Shown here: positions 9,628-19,555 of the stretch, in pieces
Numbering within the stretch: position 1 is the stretch's first letter
Layout: every line of letters begins with the position of its first letter
NCBI GenBank assembly: GCA_021414225.1
Contig: JAIOOX010000002.1
Coordinates: 25,113-89,112, forward strand
Length of the DNA: 64,000 nucleotides
Reading direction: 5' to 3'
Source: Candidatus Vogelbacteria bacterium
GTDB lineage: Bacteria; Patescibacteriota; Minisyncoccia; Phycocordibacterales; XYD1-FULL-46-19
Translations under genes and position numbers: made by a program
The notes under the pieces: model-generated
What the model saw: the letters and a program-made list of their open reading frames with translations, nothing else
Database searches by the model: none
What the model was told of the DNA's origin: nothing

Positions 9628-9930
9628 ATGAAAGGAATCAACATTAAGCCGTTAGGTGACCGAGTGTTGGTCTTACCTGAACGGGAAGAAAAGAATACAA
9701 CTAAATCAGGGATTATTATCCCAGATACTATTGATAAAGAACGTCCGGAACAGGGAACGGTTATAGCTGTCGGTGATGGCTGGTTTACCGAAGATGGTGA
9801 CTTGGTGCCATTGCGGATCAAGAAAGGTCAAACTGTTTTATTCTCTAAATATGGGCCTGACGAAATTAAATTTGAAGGTAAAGAATATTTTATTATTAAA
9901 GAGTCGAATATATTAGCAATAATCGAGTAG
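9628..9930 (+). CDS. groES: Co-chaperonin GroES
   Basis: MKGINIKPLGDRVLVLPEREEKNTTKSGIIIPDT...VIAVGDG. Confidence 0.9.
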   Translation: MKGINIKPLGDRVLVLPEREEKNTTKSGIIIPDTIDKERPEQGTVIAVGDGWFTEDGDLVPLRIKKGQTVLFSKYGPDEIKFEGKEYFIIKESNILAIIE

Positions 9931-9931
9931 G

Positions 9932-10035
9932 GCGCTCGCTTAGATTTTAAATTAGAGCACGGATAAACTTTTGCTAAAGTTTTCCTCAGTCTCGGCTACC
10001 CGCCTGCGAAGTCTCTAATTTAAAACTAAGCTCGC
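9932..10035 (+). repeat. Family 1 structured intergenic element, copy B, in the groES-groEL spacer
   Basis: Same core as copy A (gagcacggata, hairpin with loop ttgcta, cctcagtctcg, cgaagtctc). Different but again self-complementary outer arms gcgctcgcttagattttaaattagag / ctctaatttaaaactaagctcgc. Confidence 0.6.
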
Positions 10036-10062
10036 TTAATTCTTAAATATCCGTAAATACCT

Positions 10063-11703
10063 ATGGCTAAAAATGTAATTTTTAATGAAGAAGCTCGTCG
10101 CTCGCTGAAAGCGGGAATTGATAAGTTGTCACTAGCGGTCAAAATGACCCTCGGTCCTCGAGGTCGAGCAGTAGTGATTGAAAAAGCTTATGGCGCACCA
10201 CAAGTCACTCTTGATGGTGTGACAGTGGCTAAGGAAATTGAATTTGAAGATCGATTTGAAAATCTAGGGGCTAGTTTGATCAAACAGGCAGCTGATAAAA
10301 CTAACGATAATGTGGGTGATGGTACTACCACTTCCATTATCTTAGCTCAAGCTTTAATTGAAGAAGGAGAAAAAGCGGTTAGTGAAAGGGGAATGAATGT
10401 GATTCATTTAGCTGATGAGATTAAGCGTGGTGGTGAAGCGATCATTGCCGCCTTAGAAGATCAAGCTGAAGAAGTGAAAGATAATAAAATAAAAGAAGTA
10501 GCTACTTTGTCAGCCAAGGATGCGGAAATTGGGGAGTTGATTGCCGATGTTTTCAAAACTGTCGGTGAAGAAGCGGTGATTACGATCGAAGATTCCAACA
10601 CAGTATCTAACTCTTCTGAGGTGGTGGAGGGGATGCAATTTGATAAGGGTTATATTGCACCCTACATGGTGACTAACATGGAGAAAATGGAAGCGGAATA
10701 TACTGATCCGTACATCTTGATTACCGATAAGAAAATTTCTTCGATTAAAGAAATTTTGCCTTTGCTGGAAAAATTAGCTCAAAGTGGTAAAAAAGAATTA
10801 GTCATTATTGCTGAAGATGTTGATGGTGAAGCTTTGACTACTTTGATTGTCAACAAAGTGAGAGGTATTTTCAATGGCTTGGCGATTAAGGCGCCTGGGT
10901 TTGGTGACCGTCGCAAAGAAATGTTGGAAGATATTGCGGTTGTCACTGGCGGTCAAGTGATTTCAGAAACGGTGGGCTTGAAGTTGGAAGCGATCGAAGT
11001 ATCGATGTTGGGCCGTGCTCGACGGATTATTTCTAGTAAAGACAATACTATTATTGTTGGTGGTAAAGGCAAGAAAGCTGATATTGAATCTCGAGTGGCT
11101 CAATTAAAACAGGCGATTGATCGAACAGAGTCAAAATATGATAAAGATAAATTGAAAGAACGATTAGGTAAACTCTCTGGTGGAGTGGCGGTGATCAAAG
11201 TCGGTGCCCCAACCGAGTCAGCGCAAAAAGAATTGAAGCAACGTGTTGAAGATGCGGTCGCGGCTACTCGAGCGGCGATGGAAGAAGGAGTGGTGCCGGG
11301 TGGTGGTATTGCCTTGTTTAATTCCTACTCAGCCCTCGATAGTATTAAAACCAAAGATGAAGCTGGACAATATGCACTCGAAATATTACGTAAAGTAGTT
11401 TACGCGCCAATCACGGCTATTATTGAAAATAGTGGGGAGACTAGCTCGGTAATTTTGGAAGAATTAAAAACCAAAAAAGACGAAGTGAAAGGTAAGACTG
11501 ACAAGTTGTGGTTGGGTTTCAATGCTCGTACTAATACAATTGAAGATCTGAAGAAGGTTGGGATTGTTGATCCGTTGAAAGTGACTAAGACTGCTTTCAC
11601 TAATGCTATTTCGGTGGCGACTAATTATCTAACTATTGGGGTGGCTATTACTGACATTCCTAAAGAAGAAAAAACTGCTGGTCCGGGAGGAATGGATTAT
11701 TAA
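10063..11703 (+). CDS. groEL: Chaperonin GroEL
   Basis: 546 aa, canonical GroEL sequence throughout, C-terminal GGM-type tail (GPGGMDY). Confidence 0.95.
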   Translation: MAKNVIFNEEARRSLKAGIDKLSLAVKMTLGPRGRAVVIEKAYGAPQVTLDGVTVAKEIEFEDRFENLGASLIKQAADKTNDNVGDGTTTSIILAQALIEEGEKAVSERGMNVIHLADEIKRGGEAIIAALEDQAEEVKDNKIKEVATLSAKDAEIGELIADVFKTVGEEAVITIEDSNTVSNSSEVVEGMQFDKGYIAPYMVTNMEKMEAEYTDPYILITDKKISSIKEILPLLEKLAQSGKKELVIIAEDVDGEALTTLIVNKVRGIFNGLAIKAPGFGDRRKEMLEDIAVVTGGQVISETVGLKLEAIEVSMLGRARRIISSKDNTIIVGGKGKKADIESRVAQLKQAIDRTESKYDKDKLKERLGKLSGGVAVIKVGAPTESAQKELKQRVEDAVAATRAAMEEGVVPGGGIALFNSYSALDSIKTKDEAGQYALEILRKVVYAPITAIIENSGETSSVILEELKTKKDEVKGKTDKLWLGFNARTNTIEDLKKVGIVDPLKVTKTAFTNAISVATNYLTIGVAITDIPKEEKTAGPGGMDY

Positions 11704-11712
11704 ATTAAGGTC

Positions 11713-11743
11713 AAAAAAATCACCCAACTGGGTGATTTTTTTG
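11713..11743 (+). terminator. Intrinsic terminator aaaaaaatcacccaactgggtgattttttt
   Basis: Perfect hairpin plus T tract after groEL. Confidence 0.75.
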
Positions 11744-11813
11744 TCTAGTGTGGTTTTTACCCTCTATGTTATTATTAATATTAAAGTTTGCTTAACAGTT
11801 TTTTAATTAATTT

Positions 11814-12635
11814 ATGAAAAAATATCTAGTTGTTTTGTTGATGGTTACAGTTCTTGTTCCTGGTCAGATATTTGCTGTCACTTCGGCGACGGTTACAGTT
11901 GATACAATAGTTAGTGATTCCTCGGTAAATGAACAGGGGGTGGATGTAGGTTTTTGGGGAGGATTATTTGATCGTTTAAAAAGTTTTGTTACCGGTTTTG
12001 GTTTATTTAAAAATACTCAGCCGGTAGTGGAAGAAAAACAGACAGAGAATTCTGGGGATGTGGTTAAAGATCCTTCTGGCCAGGATACAAAAACTGCGAA
12101 TAAGGTTGTTGTAAAGACAGATGGCAATATGAGTCCTAACGGCCGGCCAAGTACTGTTTCTTTTAAAACAAATGTTACTAATCAAGTGGTGGGTTCTGGT
12201 CAGATTAAAACAGAGGTGGTTATTCCTAAAGTTGAATCAGTTGTATCTGTTAAACCGTTTGCTAAAAAAATTAATTTAACATCTCCTACTTCAGGGTCAT
12301 CTTTTAATGCCACTGAAGATCCGATGACAATTTCCTGGAATTACAGTGGTATTAAAGATGAAACAACAATTAATATATCACTGGTTTTTGGATCAAATAC
12401 TGATGACGGTGTTACCCTCTGTCGAGTTACCCCAGTTGAGGGTATAAGAATATCGGCTAAAGAATTTACTATTAAGTCTAATGGTTATAATTGTTTCCCA
12501 AACAATGACGGAGGTGATCCTTTGAAGACCTCAGGTGAATACAGGATTGCTTTTATATCAGAAGACTTTGCTGGTCAATACGATAGAGGGATCATTTATG
12601 GAAGTGGGACTTTTAAAATAAATGTAGCCAATTAG
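11814..12635 (+). CDS. Secreted hypothetical protein (signal peptide, Ser/Thr/Val-rich)
   Basis: N-terminal MKKYLVVLLMVTVLVPGQIFA signal-like segment. No recognisable domain. Confidence 0.45.
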   Translation: MKKYLVVLLMVTVLVPGQIFAVTSATVTVDTIVSDSSVNEQGVDVGFWGGLFDRLKSFVTGFGLFKNTQPVVEEKQTENSGDVVKDPSGQDTKTANKVVVKTDGNMSPNGRPSTVSFKTNVTNQVVGSGQIKTEVVIPKVESVVSVKPFAKKINLTSPTSGSSFNATEDPMTISWNYSGIKDETTINISLVFGSNTDDGVTLCRVTPVEGIRISAKEFTIKSNGYNCFPNNDGGDPLKTSGEYRIAFISEDFAGQYDRGIIYGSGTFKINVAN

Positions 12636-12653
12636 TAGTTATTTAACGCTTTT

Positions 12654-12692
12654 AAACCACCACCTTGGCCCTAGGGCCAAGGTGGTGGTTTT
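12654..12692 (+). terminator. Intrinsic terminator aaaccaccaccttggccctagggccaaggtggtggtttt
   Basis: 16-bp perfect stem plus T tract. Confidence 0.75.
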
Positions 12693-12704
12693 GGTTAGAG
12701 GGAT

Positions 12705-13310
12705 ATGCTAAAATTGGAGCTAGAAATTATTCGTTTAATTAACTTTATTATGATTATTTTATACGTGTTAATTGGAGTAGTGGTAGTGATTGGTCTGTGG
12801 TTTGCCTTGTCTTACAACGGTTTTATTAGTCTGGTCAACCGAACCAAAGAAGCTTGGTCTGACATTGAGGTTCAAATGAAGCGTCGTTATGATTTGATCC
12901 CTAACTTGATCAATACCGTTAAGGGTTATGCTTCACACGAAAGTGCCACTTTTGAAAAGATTACCCAAGCTCGTTCTCAAGCAATGCAAGCGGGAACAGT
13001 CGCTGAACACGCTCAAGCGGAAAATATGTTAACCGGGGCGCTTAAGTCACTCTTTGCTGTATCGGAAGCTTATCCAGATTTGAAAGCGAATGCTAACTTC
13101 CTAGAACTACAGCGAGAATTGTCTGACACCGAAAACAAAATCCAAGCTGCTCGTCGTTTCTACAACGGCAATGTTCGTGATCTAAACACTAAAATTGAAT
13201 CTTTCCCATCTAACTTTATTGCTAACATCTTTAAGTTTACCGCTCGAGAATTCTTCGAATTAGATGAATCTGAACAAGCAGCGAAACAACCAGTGGAAGT
13301 AAAGTTCTAA
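12705..13310 (+). CDS. lemA: LemA family protein
   Basis: Single N-terminal TM, then YNGFISLVNRTKEAWSDIEVQMKRRYDLIPNLINTVKGYASHE, typical LemA. Stop overlaps the start of the next gene (taaatg). Confidence 0.75.
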   Translation: MLKLELEIIRLINFIMIILYVLIGVVVVIGLWFALSYNGFISLVNRTKEAWSDIEVQMKRRYDLIPNLINTVKGYASHESATFEKITQARSQAMQAGTVAEHAQAENMLTGALKSLFAVSEAYPDLKANANFLELQRELSDTENKIQAARRFYNGNVRDLNTKIESFPSNFIANIFKFTAREFFELDESEQAAKQPVEVKF

Positions 13311-15302
13311 ATGTTGGTTAGGCTAGTAAAATACATAACAATTCCGGCCCTAGTTTTTTTTCTAGTGCCGGTTTTGGTTTTTGGCCAGAGTAATCGATCA
13401 TATTTCTATGATCAGATTGTGGTCGACATTCAAACCAATAAAGATTCTACGGTCGATATAACCGAACGACAGACATATCATTTTAACGGAGAATATCACC
13501 AAGGTTGGAGATCCATTCCTTTAAAAGGATTTAGTAGTATTACTGATGTTGTGGTTAGCAATTCTGATGCCCCGCTTAAATATTCTTCTCGGCGACTCAA
13601 TAAGCTTGATCCGGCTAGTTGGGGTCACTACACTTACTTCAAAGATGAAAACGGTTTTAATATCGAATGGTATTTTGGTCCCAATGATGTTCCTGAGTGG
13701 ACACTCTCCTATAAAGTGCATGGAGCGATTAGTTTTCTAAAAGACAAAGACGAACTATATTGGAATATTTTTAGTGATTATTCTGTACCAGTCGACTCCC
13801 TGGAAGTTCATGTTTTTCCTCCAGACGAAGCGCTGGCAGCTAATCAAATACAGTCAACGGTTTATACATCCTCTGTTCCATACCAGTCTTGGCCAGAAGT
13901 TTATAAAGATTCTACCTCTGGCATAAAGTTGGCTGGGTTAACTATGCAGCTCCATGATGCTCCCCCTTATGAAAAGGTGACTGTTGCTGTCGGTTGGCCC
14001 AAAGAGATTGTTGACCAAGGGGCTTTTTGGAGGTGGTGGCTAGGTGATAATATTTTGGCAATTGTTATGGGGGTATTAATAATTTTGAATATGATAGGTT
14101 GGTTTGGGTATTGGTATTTTACTGAACGTTTTCGCAAAGGGACTGGAACCATTATTCCGCAATATGAACCGGCTTTAAATTTAAGACCAGCTGAGGTGGA
14201 GGTGGTGATGAAAGAAAGTGTTACCGCAGTTGGTTGGTCAGCGACCGTTGTGGATTTAGCGGTGAGGGGATTTCTTTTGATTAAAGAAGATAAAACCAGA
14301 ATTCCAAAATTTATTAAATGGGCTTACAGCTTGTTTTTTATAGGTATTTTTATTTTCTTAGGCTCTGGTTTTGTGGGAGCTCTTTCAAGTCATCAAACAA
14401 CGAATATTGGATTTATGGCAGTGTTTTCCTTTTTTATAATAGGTTCTTTTATAGTTGGCCTAAGTAAGTTTTCAAAAAAAGATTATTTGGTTGAAAAAAC
14501 TAATAAAGATAACTCCACCCTACTATCTTACGAGAGAGAATTTATTAACATTTTGTGTGGTTCTACTAGTTACGTTTTTTCAACCAGAGAACTTAGGACT
14601 AATGAATCTATGGCTAAGAAGATTTATGAGAGAATGAAAAAAAATGAAGTAGACTTATATAGTATTCTTGATAAAGATAACAATCTATATAGTAACAATT
14701 TAGCTAAAGAAAAAAAGGGTCAAGTCGTCTTTTTGTTTATGGTCATGGGTAGTTTTTTCGTCATCTGGTTAGGGAGTTTTTTCAGTCCGGTGTCTGATTT
14801 TATTTTGAAATATTTCGGTGTAGAGTTCTTAACTTTACCAATACTAGTTGTTGTATTTTTGTTGTTAACATTGGTAAACATTTGGTATTTTTTAATTAAA
14901 TACGAAGCACGTTTGTCGGATAAAGGTAATAAAGCCAAAGAAGATTTACTTGGGTTTAAGTTGTATCTAAAAACAGCTGAACGTTATCGGTTGCAAAATC
15001 TGACGCCAGATTTGTTTGAAAAGTTTTTACCATACGCCATGGTGTTTGGAGTTGAGAAAGAGTGGGGTAAAGCCTTTGCTTCACTCAGTGTTCCACCTCC
15101 ATCTTGGTATAGTGGTGCCTATGGAGGGGCTACAATGGGATCTTCTTCAATAAGTAGTTCCGGATTTTCCGCTGGGGCCTTCTCGTCTTCTTTTTCTTCT
15201 AGTTTCTCATCGGCTTTTTCTAGTTCTGGAGCTAGTGGTGGTTCGGGTGGGGGTGGTTCTGCTGGTGGCGGTGGAGGAGGAGGTGGAGGTGGGGCTAGTT
15301 AG
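13311..15302 (+). CDS. DUF2207-type membrane protein (usual LemA partner) with a Gly/Ser-rich C-terminal tail
   Basis: 663 aa: signal peptide, extracytoplasmic domain, several TM helices, C-terminal SSSFSSSFSSAFSSSGASGGSGGGGSAGGGGGGGGGGAS. Confidence 0.6.
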   Translation: MLVRLVKYITIPALVFFLVPVLVFGQSNRSYFYDQIVVDIQTNKDSTVDITERQTYHFNGEYHQGWRSIPLKGFSSITDVVVSNSDAPLKYSSRRLNKLDPASWGHYTYFKDENGFNIEWYFGPNDVPEWTLSYKVHGAISFLKDKDELYWNIFSDYSVPVDSLEVHVFPPDEALAANQIQSTVYTSSVPYQSWPEVYKDSTSGIKLAGLTMQLHDAPPYEKVTVAVGWPKEIVDQGAFWRWWLGDNILAIVMGVLIILNMIGWFGYWYFTERFRKGTGTIIPQYEPALNLRPAEVEVVMKESVTAVGWSATVVDLAVRGFLLIKEDKTRIPKFIKWAYSLFFIGIFIFLGSGFVGALSSHQTTNIGFMAVFSFFIIGSFIVGLSKFSKKDYLVEKTNKDNSTLLSYEREFINILCGSTSYVFSTRELRTNESMAKKIYERMKKNEVDLYSILDKDNNLYSNNLAKEKKGQVVFLFMVMGSFFVIWLGSFFSPVSDFILKYFGVEFLTLPILVVVFLLLTLVNIWYFLIKYEARLSDKGNKAKEDLLGFKLYLKTAERYRLQNLTPDLFEKFLPYAMVFGVEKEWGKAFASLSVPPPSWYSGAYGGATMGSSSISSSGFSAGAFSSSFSSSFSSAFSSSGASGGSGGGGSAGGGGGGGGGGAS

Positions 15303-15342
15303 ACCTTGAAACCATTTTTTTAATTGTTACAATACACTGATT

Positions 15343-16239
15343 ATGGCTACCCTATACACCCAACAAGCATCTAATGTCAGAAAAACTTGGCTCCTGGTCT
15401 CGATTTTTTTGGTGGTAATTATTGGTCTTGGTTGGGGATTTAGTTACTTCTACAATAATCCGATAATTCTATATGGAGCGGTAATAGGTAGTGTTTTAAT
15501 GAACATTGTTAGTTTTTGGTATTCCGACAAAATTGTTTTGTCGATGTCTGGAGCGAAGCCGGCCACTCGGGAAGAATATTTCGACTTGTACACCGTGACC
15601 GAAAACTTAGCCATCACCGCTGGTCTCCCAACTCCCAAACTGTATGTCATCACTGATCCAGCTCCCAACGCTTTTGCGACTGGCCGTAACAAAGATCACT
15701 CCGCTGTCGCTGTCACAACCGGTTTACTAGAAAGACTTGATCGAACTGAGCTGGAAGGAGTGATTGCTCACGAATTGGCTCATGTTGGTAATCGCGATAT
15801 TTTATTGCAAACGGTGGTGGTGATTTTGGTTGGTTTCGTGGCTTTATTGTCAGACTTCTTTTTGCGATCGATGGTGTTCGGTCGCGGGAGTGATGAAAGA
15901 GATTGTCGTTTGGGAATGATAATTACTATCATTGGTTTTGCTCTAGCCATCCTGTCACCGATTATAGCTACCCTTATTCAGTTAGCGATCTCTCGTAAAC
16001 GAGAATTTTTGGCGGACGCGACCGGGGCTTTACTAACTCGTTATCCAGAAGGTTTAGCATCAGCTTTGGAAAAAATATCTGCCTATGGAGCTCCAATGCA
16101 GCGAGCTAGTGATGCGACCGCTCACATGTTCATCGCTAACCCATTTGGAGGTAAAAGTGTAGGCGGTTTGCATAAGTTATTTATGACTCATCCACCAGCT
16201 GAAGAGAGGGTTAAGGCTTTACGAGAGCTTAGTGTATAA
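15343..16239 (+). CDS. htpX: Zinc metalloprotease HtpX (M48 family)
   Basis: HELAH (HExxH) plus the downstream glutamate motif and TM helices. 298 aa. Confidence 0.8.
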   Translation: MATLYTQQASNVRKTWLLVSIFLVVIIGLGWGFSYFYNNPIILYGAVIGSVLMNIVSFWYSDKIVLSMSGAKPATREEYFDLYTVTENLAITAGLPTPKLYVITDPAPNAFATGRNKDHSAVAVTTGLLERLDRTELEGVIAHELAHVGNRDILLQTVVVILVGFVALLSDFFLRSMVFGRGSDERDCRLGMIITIIGFALAILSPIIATLIQLAISRKREFLADATGALLTRYPEGLASALEKISAYGAPMQRASDATAHMFIANPFGGKSVGGLHKLFMTHPPAEERVKALRELSV

Positions 16240-16241
16240 TA

Positions 16242-16601
16242 TTGACCATGATTGAAAACGAACCACAACTAGACGTGCCAGAATCAGAAGATAACTTTAG
16301 TCATGAACATGTGGCTGAATTATTGGCTCGATTGGTTGATATTGTAGTTGAAGTTGATAAGCCTGGTGTTCAAAACTTTAAGATTGAAGATTTTGGTGAC
16401 GACGATGTGGTTGTTCTCGAAAAGTTTATAGCTTGGTTTGATGGTAATAAACAAGCTCTAACCAAAGAGGATATTGATTTTTATATAAAAGCGAGGGATA
16501 TTTCTGAAAAAACATTAGTCGATGGTCCAAATCCAAACTTGGTAGTCAAACGAGTTTTGGCTAATATCATAATCAACAAAACTCCAGAAATCTGGATGTA
16601 A
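16242..16601 (+). CDS. Hypothetical acidic cytoplasmic protein
   Basis: 119-aa ORF tightly coupled to its neighbours. No recognisable motif. Confidence 0.4.
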   Translation: MTMIENEPQLDVPESEDNFSHEHVAELLARLVDIVVEVDKPGVQNFKIEDFGDDDVVVLEKFIAWFDGNKQALTKEDIDFYIKARDISEKTLVDGPNPNLVVKRVLANIIINKTPEIWM

Positions 16602-16603
16602 TC

Positions 16604-17452
16604 ATGTCCATTTTTCAAGAAATAAAAAATAGTTTATACAATCCTGGCTATTATCAAGACTTAATTGAGAAGCCTTTTTCTCATTCGGTTAAATATTATT
16701 GTGCTTTAACTTTGGTATTAGGAATTATTGTGACAATGATTGGGTCAGTTTTAATTGTTCCAGCTTTTAATGTGGTGGTCTGGGGAGTGAAAGAGGTGGT
16801 CTTGTCTGTTTATCCTGATGATCTGAAAATTTCAGTAGAAAGTGGTTTGGTTAAGACCAATGTTCAAGAGCCATTTGTGATTGCGATCCCAGAAAAGTAT
16901 CGAGCAGAAGCTGGTGGCAAGAAAAATTTACTAGTCATCGATACTTCAACCACAACCAGTCCAGAAAAACTGAAATCATACGAGACGGTCGCCCTTTTAG
17001 CCAAAGATTCTATTATTTACGAAAGCGGAGTTGATGGTCAATCTGATGTTCAGTCTTTTGATTCAGATTTGAGTTTTAAATTAGATAAAGAGGGAATTGG
17101 TCGTTTTTTCAATGAGATTGAACCGTATTATAAGTTTCTAACTCCAATTTTAGTGCTTGGTTTATTTATGTTGGTGGTGTTGATTATGGTGGGTACTATG
17201 TTGTACTTACTTTTGGTAGCCTTACTGGTTTGGATTTTGGCCGCTTTAAACAAGTGGGATATTAGTTATCTGAAGGCTTATCAAATGAGTCTTCACTTTG
17301 CCACTTTGGGTTTTGTGGTAGCCTTAATTAGTATCCTCGTTTTACCTGGAGGTAGTGCTCTTATTCTGTTCACTGCCACTCTGGTTTTGTTAGCCTTGGT
17401 GACTTTTAAGGTAGGTAATGACGAGTCAAAACCAGAAGTGGAGGTCAACTAG
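16604..17452 (+). CDS. DUF1189-like membrane protein. Paralog of the 33960..34778 gene.
   Basis: N-terminal MSIFQEIKNSLYNPGYYQDLI closely parallels MKFIQSIKDSVYGPALYKKLV at 33960, with the same TM layout. Confidence 0.5.
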   Translation: MSIFQEIKNSLYNPGYYQDLIEKPFSHSVKYYCALTLVLGIIVTMIGSVLIVPAFNVVVWGVKEVVLSVYPDDLKISVESGLVKTNVQEPFVIAIPEKYRAEAGGKKNLLVIDTSTTTSPEKLKSYETVALLAKDSIIYESGVDGQSDVQSFDSDLSFKLDKEGIGRFFNEIEPYYKFLTPILVLGLFMLVVLIMVGTMLYLLLVALLVWILAALNKWDISYLKAYQMSLHFATLGFVVALISILVLPGGSALILFTATLVLLALVTFKVGNDESKPEVEVN

Positions 17453-17499
17453 CTTCTTGAGTCCAGGTCTGTAATTTGCTATATCAGTAGAGTTGAATA

Positions 17500-17586
17500 G
17501 GAGGGTTCGCATAGCGGTCTAGTGCGCACGCTTGGAAAGCGTGTGAGGTGTCAAAGCCTCCGAGAGTTCGAATCTCTCACCCTCCG
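17500..17586 (+). tRNA. tRNA-Ser (anticodon GGA), type II with long variable arm. CCA not encoded.
   Basis: Cloverleaf folded by hand: acceptor GGAGGGT / ACCCTCC, anticodon stem cacgc / gcgtg with loop ttGGAaa, T arm gagagTTCGAATctctc. Confidence 0.85.
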
Positions 17587-17589
17587 CAA

Positions 17590-17640
17590 ATTAAGGAGCC
17601 CGCTCTAGGCGGGCGACTATAATTTGCGCGAGTACCGAGG
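17590..17640 (+). terminator. Two consecutive hairpins after tRNA-Ser: cgcaaatta-aggagcccgctctaggcgggcgac-taatttgcg, then gagtaccgaggtactc
   Basis: Nested inverted repeats seen directly in the sequence. Confidence 0.4.
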
Positions 17641-17746
17641 TACTCCGAGGTGCTTCCGCAACAAAATAAACTTTAGCTGGTGTGGCTTTTATGCAGCGAT
17701 GGGGAAGTTTGTTAATTTTTAAAATGGGTTATTATTAACAGTAATT

Positions 17747-18115
17747 ATGATTAAATTATCTTCGCTGTTGATTGGGGTGTCCGATCTCCACAAAGCTCGA
17801 CCTTTTTATGAACAGGTGTTTGGGATAAAGTTTGATGAGTTTCGACCACCCTTTGCTAGTTTTCACCTGGGTGGGGTGGAGTTTAATGTAGAAGAGAATA
17901 CTCCTACTCGTTCGGCGAATTGGGCAGAAACTCATATTGGGACGAGAAAACAATTTTCTTTTCAGGTTGATGATCTAGAAGTATTTTTAAAACACGCCGA
18001 GCAGGCTGGTGCCACTATTGTCGTACAGCCAGAAATAAAGCCGTGGGGCTGGAAAGAGGCGATTATCGCTGACCCTGACCAAAATGAGTTTCTAATTGAG
18101 CAGGAGATCCTTTAG
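17747..18115 (+). CDS. VOC / glyoxalase-bleomycin-resistance family protein
   Basis: 122 aa, beta-alpha-beta-beta-beta VOC-like pattern (GVSDLHKARPFYEQVFG ... ADPDQNEFLIEQ). Confidence 0.6.
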   Translation: MIKLSSLLIGVSDLHKARPFYEQVFGIKFDEFRPPFASFHLGGVEFNVEENTPTRSANWAETHIGTRKQFSFQVDDLEVFLKHAEQAGATIVVQPEIKPWGWKEAIIADPDQNEFLIEQEIL

Positions 18116-18176
18116 GATAAAATCAAAAAGTCGTCCAGATTTCCCTTTTTGACCCTTTTTGCTATAGTGGTTTTAT

Positions 18177-18926
18177 ATGGAAATACTAAAACAACAATCA
18201 AAAAAAGAGCGAGATGAACAAAAAGCTAATAATCGGGCAGTAGTTAGGGTTATTTTCTGGATTCTGGTTATTTTAGCTATTGGTGGGTCTGTGTTTGCGA
18301 CGGCTAAATTAGCCAAGATGAGTAAGAATTCAGAAGTGGCTGGAGGAACCGTTTCTCAGGTTGGACCGACTGATCATACTATTGGCAACGCCAGTTCCTC
18401 TTTAGTGTTAGTGGAATACTCTGATTTTCAGTGTCCAGCTTGTAAGGCTTATTCGCCGATAGTGAAAGAATTGGTAGCTACTTACAAAGACGATATGTTG
18501 TTTGTTTATCGTCACTTCCCTTTGTATCAGATTCACCTAAACGCTAGGATAACAGCTCAAGCCACTGAAGCGGCTAATAATCAAGGTAAATTTTGGGAGA
18601 TGCATGATATTTTGTTTGCTAACCAGGCTGAGTGGTCCAGCAAGAGTCCTAGTAATATTGAAGTAGTTTTAGCTCAATATGCAGGCCAGATTGGTTTAGA
18701 TGTTGAGAAATTTAAAGCTGATTTGAATTCAGTAGCCGCGAAAGATCGGGTGGCAGCTGATTTGGCTAGTGGAATGAAAGCCCAAGTGGGTGGGACCCCA
18801 ACCTTTTTTCTTAACGGTAGAATGTTAGACCATGAAGAAATCAGTACTGATCAAAAATTTAAAGCGTTAATAGATAAAGCTTTAGCCGACATTAATAGTA
18901 ATCAAGCTACTTCCACGGTTGAATAA
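18177..18926 (+). CDS. DsbA-like thiol:disulfide oxidoreductase, membrane-anchored
   Basis: N-terminal TM helix. Thioredoxin-fold CxxC active site FQCPACKAY. Confidence 0.7.
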   Translation: MEILKQQSKKERDEQKANNRAVVRVIFWILVILAIGGSVFATAKLAKMSKNSEVAGGTVSQVGPTDHTIGNASSSLVLVEYSDFQCPACKAYSPIVKELVATYKDDMLFVYRHFPLYQIHLNARITAQATEAANNQGKFWEMHDILFANQAEWSSKSPSNIEVVLAQYAGQIGLDVEKFKADLNSVAAKDRVAADLASGMKAQVGGTPTFFLNGRMLDHEEISTDQKFKALIDKALADINSNQATSTVE

Positions 18927-18928
18927 AA

Positions 18929-19372
18929 ATGGATCAATCTAATCAACCTGTTCCAATTTGGTTTACTTTGACACTGTCTCTAGTGGCGGTAATTGGTTTT
19001 TTAGATGCTACTTATTTGACCATTAATCATATAGTTTTTGGCTCAACCCCTTGTACTCTTTTAGAAGGGTGTGAGATAGTCACTTCCAGTGTTTATTCAA
19101 CGATTTTCGGTGTTCCGGTCGCTTTATTTGGTGCCATCTTTTACTTAATAGTCCTACTCTTGTCTTTGTGGTACTTGGACAGTCGTCAACCTTGGGCATT
19201 GTCGGCAGTTGCTTATCTGTCTGTGCCAGCTGTATTAGCGTCGGTGGTTTTTGTTGGGCTACAAGCTTTCGTACTGAAAGCTTTTTGTCTGTACTGTTTG
19301 ATTTCTGCTCTTACTTCTACCATTATTTTTATTTTAGGGATGTCTTATTTGGTTTTGTTCCGTAAAGCTTAA
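18929..19372 (+). CDS. VKOR (vitamin K epoxide reductase) family protein, DsbB-like partner of the DsbA-like protein
   Basis: Four TM helices, loop cysteine pair TPCTLLEGCE, active-site CLYC. Translationally coupled to the upstream DsbA-like gene. Confidence 0.65.
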   Translation: MDQSNQPVPIWFTLTLSLVAVIGFLDATYLTINHIVFGSTPCTLLEGCEIVTSSVYSTIFGVPVALFGAIFYLIVLLLSLWYLDSRQPWALSAVAYLSVPAVLASVVFVGLQAFVLKAFCLYCLISALTSTIIFILGMSYLVLFRKA

Positions 19373-19433
19373 GATTGTCGGTTTATTTTTTCTCTAGTCT
19401 TGTCTTAACTTTTTCTTTTTCAAAAAAGTAGGT

Positions 19434-19465
19434 CAAAAGGTCTTACTGTGTAAGACCTTTTTTCA
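19434..19465 (+). terminator. Intrinsic terminator aaaaggtcttactgtgtaagaccttttttc
   Basis: Perfect stem plus T tract after the VKOR gene. Confidence 0.7.
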
Positions 19466-19555
19466 GTCAGTCTTGCGTTAGTGTTATTTTTATTTTCTAG
19501 CCAGAAATTTAGAGTTATCCACCCTTCTACCTAGGGGTGTTTGGGAGTAAAATAG

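Noticed and set aside
9572-10062. CIRCE / HrcA operator upstream of groES or groEL
   Set aside because: No TTAGCACTC-N9-GAGTGCTAA-like inverted repeat is present; the only structured element there is family 1 copy B.
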